A stretch of 11,978 nucleotides of DNA, from contig CAVFPH010000018.1 of NCBI GenBank assembly GCA_963624325.1, positions 16,252 through 28,229 on the forward strand. Reading direction: 5' to 3'. The DNA is from a bacterium (lineage in GTDB: Bacteria; Bacillota; Clostridia; Christensenellales; Aristaeellaceae). The translations under genes were made by a program, and so were the position numbers. The notes beneath the pieces are model-generated. The model was not told the DNA's origin, ran no database searches, and was given only the letters and a program-made list of their open reading frames with translations. Below are positions 7,169 through 11,978 of the stretch, one piece after another; within the stretch, counting starts at the first letter, position 1; each line of letters opens with the position of its first letter.

Positions 7169-8403
7169 TGAAAAACAAACATGTTCTCATTCTCGGCGGC
7201 GGGGCATCAGGCCTCGCCGCCGCTGTTAAAGCTGGACAAATGGGCGCACGCGTTACGCTGCTTGAACGGAACGATCGTGTCGGGAAAAAGCTGCTGGCAA
7301 CGGGGAATGGACGATGCAATCTGGCAAATATCGGTGCTCCCTGCTACTTTGGCGATTCAGATTTTGCCTGCAGAGTGCTCGCCCATATGCCTGTCCAGGA
7401 TCTGCTTAGCTACTTTGCCGCGCTCGGACTGCCTGTACGCGCCGATACAAGCGGACGCGTGTATCCTGCCTGCAATCAGGCTGCAGCGGTTCTGGATGTA
7501 TTTCGCTTTCACCTGGAGCACTTGAATGTGCGCGTGATCACGGGTACGCAGGCATTGGCGATCCTTCCGGAAAAGAACGGATACTGCGTGCGTACAGCCG
7601 ATAAAGATTATCGTGCCGATTGCGTGCTTGTGTGCTGTGGAGGATTGGCTGCGCCCAAACTGGGAGCTTCGGACGCTTACACGCTTCTCACTTCTTTGGG
7701 GTGCTGCTTGGTTGCGCCGGCCCCATCACTTACACCGATCGAGACCGAAAAGGCACCTTTGCGCGGACTGAGCGGCTTGCGCATAGCGGCTATATTGACG
7801 CTATGCGATAAGACAACGCCCGTTGCACGCACACAAGGAGAGGCTTTGTTTACGGATTATGGCGTGAGCGGCGTATGTGCTATGCAGCTTGCCAGGGAGG
7901 CTCAGAGCCTTCACCAGCCTATTCTGTATGTTGATTTTTCACCGGCACTCGGTCTGGGGGAATATCGGATGACAAGGCTTGAACCGGCTTCACCATTTGA
8001 AAATTTGACCTTGATGCGTGAGTTCCTTGAAAAAAGGTCACGGATATTGCCGGAAAATGAGCTGCTGCTGGGGGCGCTTCCGCGCATTTTGAGAGAACGC
8101 ATGGCCTCCTATCACGGAGAGGAACTCGCACGCATGCTGTGTGCTTATCCTTTGCGTATTCTCGGTGTACGAGGCTTCGACCAGGCACAAGTCACACAGG
8201 GCGGTATCGATACGGCCGATTTTGACCCTGCAACAATGGCCTGCAAACATCATCCGGGTCTTTATGCCTGCGGCGAAATTTTGAATGTAGATGGTGACTG
8301 CGGCGGATATAACCTGCAGTTTGCCTTCGCGACCGGGCTGCTTGCGGCAGCAGATGCTGCAAAACAAAAAAGGCTGCCTCACCAAAGTGAGGCACCTTTT
8401 TGA
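7168..8403 (+). CDS. NAD(P)/FAD-dependent oxidoreductase, HI0933/BaiN (aminoacetone-oxidase-like) family
   Basis: The N-terminal Rossmann motif VLILGGGASGLAAA is followed by the family-typical KKLLATGNGRCNLAN. The C-terminal signature is QVTQGGIDTADFDP...GLYACGEILNVDGDCGGYNLQFAFATG. The ATG at 7168-7170 shares its A with the upstream TGA (7166-7168), and there is no convincing SD. Substrate cannot be inferred from sequence. Confidence 0.9.
   Translation: MKNKHVLILGGGASGLAAAVKAGQMGARVTLLERNDRVGKKLLATGNGRCNLANIGAPCYFGDSDFACRVLAHMPVQDLLSYFAALGLPVRADTSGRVYPACNQAAAVLDVFRFHLEHLNVRVITGTQALAILPEKNGYCVRTADKDYRADCVLVCCGGLAAPKLGASDAYTLLTSLGCCLVAPAPSLTPIETEKAPLRGLSGLRIAAILTLCDKTTPVARTQGEALFTDYGVSGVCAMQLAREAQSLHQPILYVDFSPALGLGEYRMTRLEPASPFENLTLMREFLEKRSRILPENELLLGALPRILRERMASYHGEELARMLCAYPLRILGVRGFDQAQVTQGGIDTADFDPATMACKHHPGLYACGEILNVDGDCGGYNLQFAFATGLLAAADAAKQKRLPHQSEAPF
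8372..8401. terminator. Bidirectional intrinsic terminator shared by the convergent flavoprotein gene and the ecf operon
   Basis: Stem TGCCTCAC (8375-8382) pairs with GTGAGGCA (8387-8394) around the loop CAAA, and can extend by GG/CC with one bulged C. An A-run (AAAACAAAAAA) lies 5' and a T-run (TTTTT) lies 3', so both strands give a hairpin followed by a U-tract. Confidence 0.75.
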
Positions 8404-8409
8404 TGCTTT

Positions 8410-9204
8410 TTAACCGATGATTGCCACCAGAGCAATCATGACTGCCGTGATCAGGCTTGCAATGGCATCGGCCTTCGTCAATTTGAGAATGCGAAGCCGT
8501 GTACGGCCTTCACCGCCGTGATAGCAGCGCGCTTCCATGGCCATGGCCAAATCTCCCGCACGGCGGAACGCGCTGATAAACAGCGGCACCAGCAGCGGCA
8601 CCATGGCCTTTGCCCGCTGAATGATGTTGCCGGATTCAAAATCTGCACCGCGCGCCATTTGCGCTTTCATGATTTTGTCGGCTTCCTCAAGCAATGTCGG
8701 GATAAAGCGCAGGGCAATGGTCATCATCATGGCAAGCTCATGCGCGGGAAACCCGATCTTCGCAAGGGGGCTGAGCAAACGCTCCAAACCGTCCGTCAGC
8801 ACAACGGGAGGCGTTGTCAGTGTAAGCAGGCTTGCGCCCGTTACCAGAAAGACAAGACGCAGTGAAAAACGGATTGCCGTCAAAAGGCCTTCCAGTGTGA
8901 GTTGAATTTGCCAAACCTGCAGCAATACCGTTTCACCGGGGCTGAAGAATAGGTTCAGCAGAAAGGTAAATATCAGGATAAAGCGCAGGGGCTTGATTCC
9001 TTTGCACAGAAGCTTCAGCGGCAAGTGAGAAGCGTAGGCGGACAGTACAACATAGGCAAGGACAGGCAGAAAGCCAAGCAGGCTTTTACCCAAGAAAACG
9101 CCCACGATGAATGCAATGGTAAGTACGATCTTTACCCGGGGATCCAGACGATGCACCGGGCTTTCTACCGGATAATATTGGCCGAGGGTGATATCCTTAA
9201 GCAT
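8410..9204 (-). CDS. ecfT: Energy-coupling factor (ECF) transporter transmembrane T component
   Basis: Characteristic N-terminus MLKDITLGQYYPVESPVHRLDPRVK, a polytopic hydrophobic core, and the conserved C-terminal coupling region ARGADFESG...AFRRAGDLAMAMEARCY. I prefer ATG 9204, because AAGGAGG (complement of 9211-9217) then lies 6 nt upstream. The ORF-track ATG at 9210 abuts the SD with no spacer. Confidence 0.93.
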   Translation of the reverse strand: MLKDITLGQYYPVESPVHRLDPRVKIVLTIAFIVGVFLGKSLLGFLPVLAYVVLSAYASHLPLKLLCKGIKPLRFILIFTFLLNLFFSPGETVLLQVWQIQLTLEGLLTAIRFSLRLVFLVTGASLLTLTTPPVVLTDGLERLLSPLAKIGFPAHELAMMMTIALRFIPTLLEEADKIMKAQMARGADFESGNIIQRAKAMVPLLVPLFISAFRRAGDLAMAMEARCYHGGEGRTRLRILKLTKADAIASLITAVMIALVAIIG

Positions 9205-10054
9205 GGGCATCCTCCTTCCCCAAAGCTTTGCAGATCACGCTGCACAGTTCCTCATTGGTAAGACAATCCGGAATATCCATCCCGCCTGCGCGCAGTGCAC
9301 GGCAAAGCTGAATGGTTTGCGGCACATCCAGCCCCATGGCAGTCAATTCGTCGCCGCGAGAGAAAATTTCCCGCGGGGTGCCGAGCATTGCAAGCTGTCC
9401 TTTATGCAAAACTGCGGCACGGGTAGCAATGCGTGCAACATCATCCATATTATGGCTGATAATTACCATGGTGACGCCTGCGTCATGCAGTTCCCGAATG
9501 ATGTCGGTCAGTTCGTCACGGCCTTTGGGATCAAGGCCGGCAATCGGCTCATCCAATACCAGCACACTCGGATGCATGGCAATCACACCGGCCAGTGCAA
9601 CACGCCGCATCTGGCCGCCGGATAGATCGAAAGGAGACTTTTCCAACGCCTTTTCAGGCAGATGGACACGCGCAAATGCCTCCCTTACCCGTGCATCCAG
9701 TTCATCGCCTGTCAGCCCTTGATTTTTCGGCCCGAAAGCAATATCCTTGTATACCGTTTCCTCGAAAAGCTGATATTCCGCATACTGAAACAGCAGGCCC
9801 ACACGCTGCCGCAGTGCACGGCGGTTGACACCTTTTTGGTTGATATCCTCCCCATCTACCAGCACGCGGCCGGACGTGGGGGTAAGGAGACCGTTGAGAT
9901 GCTGCGCCAGAGTGGATTTCCCACTGCCTGTGTGGCCAATCAGGGCAAGCAGCTCGCCATCCTCAATGGTAAAATCGATATCTTGCAAGGCAGCGGCCTG
10001 AAATGGGCTTCCGGGCTGATATACGTGGGACAAATGCTCGATTTTTATTGACAT
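9197..10054 (-). CDS. ecfA2: ECF transporter ATP-binding component A2 (ABC ATPase)
   Basis: Walker A GHTGSGKST, ABC signature LSGGQMRR and Walker B VLVLDEP. It is the second ATPase, immediately upstream of ecfT. A strong SD AAGGAGGTG precedes the ATG by 5 nt. It overlaps ecfA1 by 10 nt and ecfT by 8 nt (ATGCTTAA). Confidence 0.9.
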   Translation of the reverse strand: MSIKIEHLSHVYQPGSPFQAAALQDIDFTIEDGELLALIGHTGSGKSTLAQHLNGLLTPTSGRVLVDGEDINQKGVNRRALRQRVGLLFQYAEYQLFEETVYKDIAFGPKNQGLTGDELDARVREAFARVHLPEKALEKSPFDLSGGQMRRVALAGVIAMHPSVLVLDEPIAGLDPKGRDELTDIIRELHDAGVTMVIISHNMDDVARIATRAAVLHKGQLAMLGTPREIFSRGDELTAMGLDVPQTIQLCRALRAGGMDIPDCLTNEELCSVICKALGKEDAHA

Positions 10055-10878
10055 TTCAGCACCTCCTTGGCCATTTGCGCAACATCCATCGCATCGTGGG
10101 CAATGGGCAGACCACAGGCACGAAGCATATCACCCAAAGCAACCATGGGGGGGACATCCAGACGCATGGCACGCAGACGGTCTGCCTGGCTGAATACGGC
10201 CTTTGGCGTATCGTCCATCACAATTTGCCCCTTGTCCATCACGACCACACGGTCGCAGCGAGCGGCTTCCTCCATAAAATGTGTGATCCATACCACGGCG
10301 ATATTCTGCTCGCGGTTCAGGCGGCGTACGACGTCAAATACCTCCTGCCGTCCGCGGGGGTCCAGCATGGCGGTAGACTCATCCAGTATCAATGCCAGCG
10401 GCTGCATGGCAAGAATGCCTGCAATGGCGATTCGCTGCTTTTGTCCGCCGGAAAGATTGTGCGGTGCGCGGTCGATGTAAGGCAGCATGCCTACCTGCCG
10501 AAGCGCGCTTTCAATCCGGGCGGGCATCTGCGCGGAGGGGACGCCGATATTTTCAAGACCGAAGGCAACATCATCCCGAACAATGGATGCAACCAGCTGG
10601 TTATCGGGATTCTGAAACACCATGCCTGCACTGCGGCGGATATCCCAGGTGTGTTCATCATCCTGTGTATCCATTCCGCATACGATAACGTGGCCTTCGG
10701 TCGGAATATACAGCCCGTTGAGGAGCTTTGCAAGCGTAGATTTCCCGCTGCCGTTGTGCCCGAGTATTGCCGTCATTTCGCCTGCGCGAAAACCAACGGT
10801 TACACCGTGGACGGCCTGTGTCTCACTGTCCTCATAGGCATAGCTTACATTGTCTGCGTACAGAATAAAATCTTCCAT
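10045..10878 (-). CDS. ecfA1: ECF transporter ATP-binding component A1 (ABC ATPase)
   Basis: Walker A GHNGSGKST, ABC signature LSGGQKQR and Walker B ALILDEST. It is the first gene of the A1-A2-T order. The SD GGAGGG (complement of 10882-10887) lies 3-4 nt from the ATG, which is rather short. Confidence 0.9.
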   Translation of the reverse strand: MEDFILYADNVSYAYEDSETQAVHGVTVGFRAGEMTAILGHNGSGKSTLAKLLNGLYIPTEGHVIVCGMDTQDDEHTWDIRRSAGMVFQNPDNQLVASIVRDDVAFGLENIGVPSAQMPARIESALRQVGMLPYIDRAPHNLSGGQKQRIAIAGILAMQPLALILDESTAMLDPRGRQEVFDVVRRLNREQNIAVVWITHFMEEAARCDRVVVMDKGQIVMDDTPKAVFSQADRLRAMRLDVPPMVALGDMLRACGLPIAHDAMDVAQMAKEVLKCQ

Positions 10879-10909
10879 GGTCCCTCCGGCTTATCCCAAA
10901 GTACGGCCT

Positions 10910-10938
10910 ATTATATCACGTCGGCGAACAGCGCACAA
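10910..10938 (-). promoter_or_regulatory. Putative extended -10 promoter of the ecfA1-ecfA2-ecfT operon
   Basis: On the minus strand: TTGTGC (10938-10933), a 17-nt spacer, then TGATATAAT (10918-10910), which is a TGn-TATAAT extended -10. It sits between the diguanylate cyclase terminator and the ecfA1 SD. Confidence 0.5.
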
Positions 10939-10944
10939 CAGGCA

Positions 10945-10984
10945 TAAAAGAAAGAAACGGTTCTTTTGTGCTTAAAAGAACCGC
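10945..10984 (-). terminator. Rho-independent terminator of the diguanylate cyclase gene
   Basis: A 10-bp stem, 10958-10967 (CGGTTCTTTT) with 10974-10983 (AAAAGAACCG), encloses a 6-nt loop. On the minus strand it is followed by TTTCTTTCTTTT (complement of 10946-10957). It starts 20 nt after the TGA stop. The plus-strand side has no T-tract, so it is unidirectional. Confidence 0.7.
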
Positions 10985-11003
10985 TTCAGGCAGATTAACC
11001 GCA

Positions 11004-11978
11004 TCAGGATGTGCGCTTTTTCTCACGCTTGATTTTGTACAGTTCCGCATCGGCGGCCCGGATAAAATCCGGAATGGTAACATAATCAGGCGTTTGCAGT
11101 GCACAACCGATGCTGATATCAAGATCATAAGGAGCCTGCGCTTCCTCGTTTGCCTGACGCAATGCAAGATGAATGTCCTGCACCATGGTTCTGATTTGTG
11201 CGGCATCCGTCGCATTTCCGATGATGATAAATTCATCTCCGCCGTAGCGGCCGATGAAGGCATCCCGCGGAACGGCCTTTTTCAGGGCTTCGGCAATGCG
11301 CACCAGGGCAGCATCGCCTTCTACGTGGCCGTATTGGTCATTAATGTGCTTGAAATTATCTGCATCCAGCATCAAAAGAAAAAGCGATGAATTGTCAACG
11401 ATACTGTGCAGCTTGTTGGATAGGTACCGCACCATCTGCTCACGGTTATAAACCTGGGTCAGGGGATCGGTTGTAACGCGCTGATCTTGTATGTTCAGGT
11501 AAACAACAAGCAGCGTTACCGTATAGCCGACGCACATCGTGGGAACGTCACCGCCAAAGAACACCTGCAGGAAGATAAAAACGAGTGGGAGCAGCATGAA
11601 AGATGAAAGGGCGAGCAGCTCATTTTTGCGGTCATAGTATTTTTTCTGAAATGCTTTTGTGAAAGCTTTGCCGGATGTAAGCAAGGCGTATGAAAACGAA
11701 ATGCCAAGATGCCACAGGTGAAGAGGGCCGCGCTGATAGTTTGAATCCGCATCAATGCTGAAAACCCAGCCGGTTTTGACGGAGGATACAACTATAATAA
11801 TCAGCAGCAGCGCAGGGATGGCGGCCAGCCATGCATTCTGCTTGCGATGCGTGATCCAACTGCCCTGCGCAACTTCTGAATACATAAACCAAAAATAAGC
11901 ACCCAGCGTACCGAAAGAGAAATACAGGCAGTTAATGAAATAATGAAGCCAAATCGGGGCAGTAAAGCGGTGTATGTC
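11004..11978 (-). CDS. Membrane-bound diguanylate cyclase (GGDEF domain); the 5' end probably lies outside the window
   Basis: Complete GGDEF domain: DPLTQVYNR, LDADNFKHINDQYGHVEGD, RYGGDEFIIIG, SIGCA, and AADAELYKIKREK. Several hydrophobic helices precede it. The reading frame stays open for all 31 codons upstream of the ORF-track ATG at 11885 (DIHRFTAPIWLHYFINCLYFSFGTLGAYFWF, TM-like). No SD precedes 11885, so the true start is most likely beyond 11978. Confidence 0.88.
   Translation of the reverse strand, partial: DIHRFTAPIWLHYFINCLYFSFGTLGAYFWFMYSEVAQGSWITHRKQNAWLAAIPALLLIIIVVSSVKTGWVFSIDADSNYQRGPLHLWHLGISFSYALLTSGKAFTKAFQKKYYDRKNELLALSSFMLLPLVFIFLQVFFGGDVPTMCVGYTVTLLVVYLNIQDQRVTTDPLTQVYNREQMVRYLSNKLHSIVDNSSLFLLMLDADNFKHINDQYGHVEGDAALVRIAEALKKAVPRDAFIGRYGGDEFIIIGNATDAAQIRTMVQDIHLALRQANEEAQAPYDLDISIGCALQTPDYVTIPDFIRAADAELYKIKREKKRTS

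Noticed and set aside
10003-10947. A 314-aa plus-strand ORF antisense to ecfA1 and the 5' end of ecfA2
   Set aside because: It lies entirely opposite a gene with unmistakable ABC ATPase motifs. Its translation is His/Gly/Arg/Cys-rich with no recognisable motif and no SD. Long stop-free antisense frames are expected in GC-rich coding DNA.
1-11978. A window-wide scan for CRISPR repeats, tRNA/rRNA, IS or integrase genes, toxin-antitoxin pairs, or defence-system-like genes
   Set aside because: Every ORF above 200 aa not accounted for above is an antisense shadow. The intergenic regions are short (6-130 nt) and are explained by promoters and terminators. I saw no repeated spacer-like units and no cloverleaf-capable segments.

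Overview
This looks like an ordinary chromosomal region with no mobile elements, from a Gram-positive, Clostridia-like genome. The signs are GGAGG-type Shine-Dalgarno sites, an ECF transporter module, a PgcA-type mutase and an SH3b wall protein; GC looks moderately high by eye. The plus strand carries, left to right: the last 43 codons of an unidentified gene and its terminator; a TSUP (TauE/SafE) membrane transporter; a membrane-anchored metallophosphoesterase with non-canonical metal-ligand motifs; a PgcA-type phosphoglucomutase; and a 1023-aa secreted wall-binding protein. That wall protein has a signal peptide, eight SH3b-like repeats, a PG_binding_1-like module and a ~163-aa C-terminal domain I cannot assign. 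A HI0933/BaiN-family flavoprotein gene overlaps its stop codon (TGATG). A bidirectional terminator separates this block from a convergent minus-strand ecfA1-ecfA2-ecfT module with overlapping genes and its own promoter. Upstream of that module are a terminator and a membrane-bound GGDEF diguanylate cyclase whose ORF runs off the right edge. I found no CRISPR array, tRNA or rRNA, transposase or integrase, defence-like gene, or long DNA repeat. Nothing here convincingly forms a new multi-gene system. The best leads are the unassigned C-terminal domain of the wall protein, its translational coupling to a cytoplasmic flavoprotein, and the degenerate active-site motifs of the ecto-phosphoesterase. 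All family assignments come from motif recognition by eye, not from database searches.
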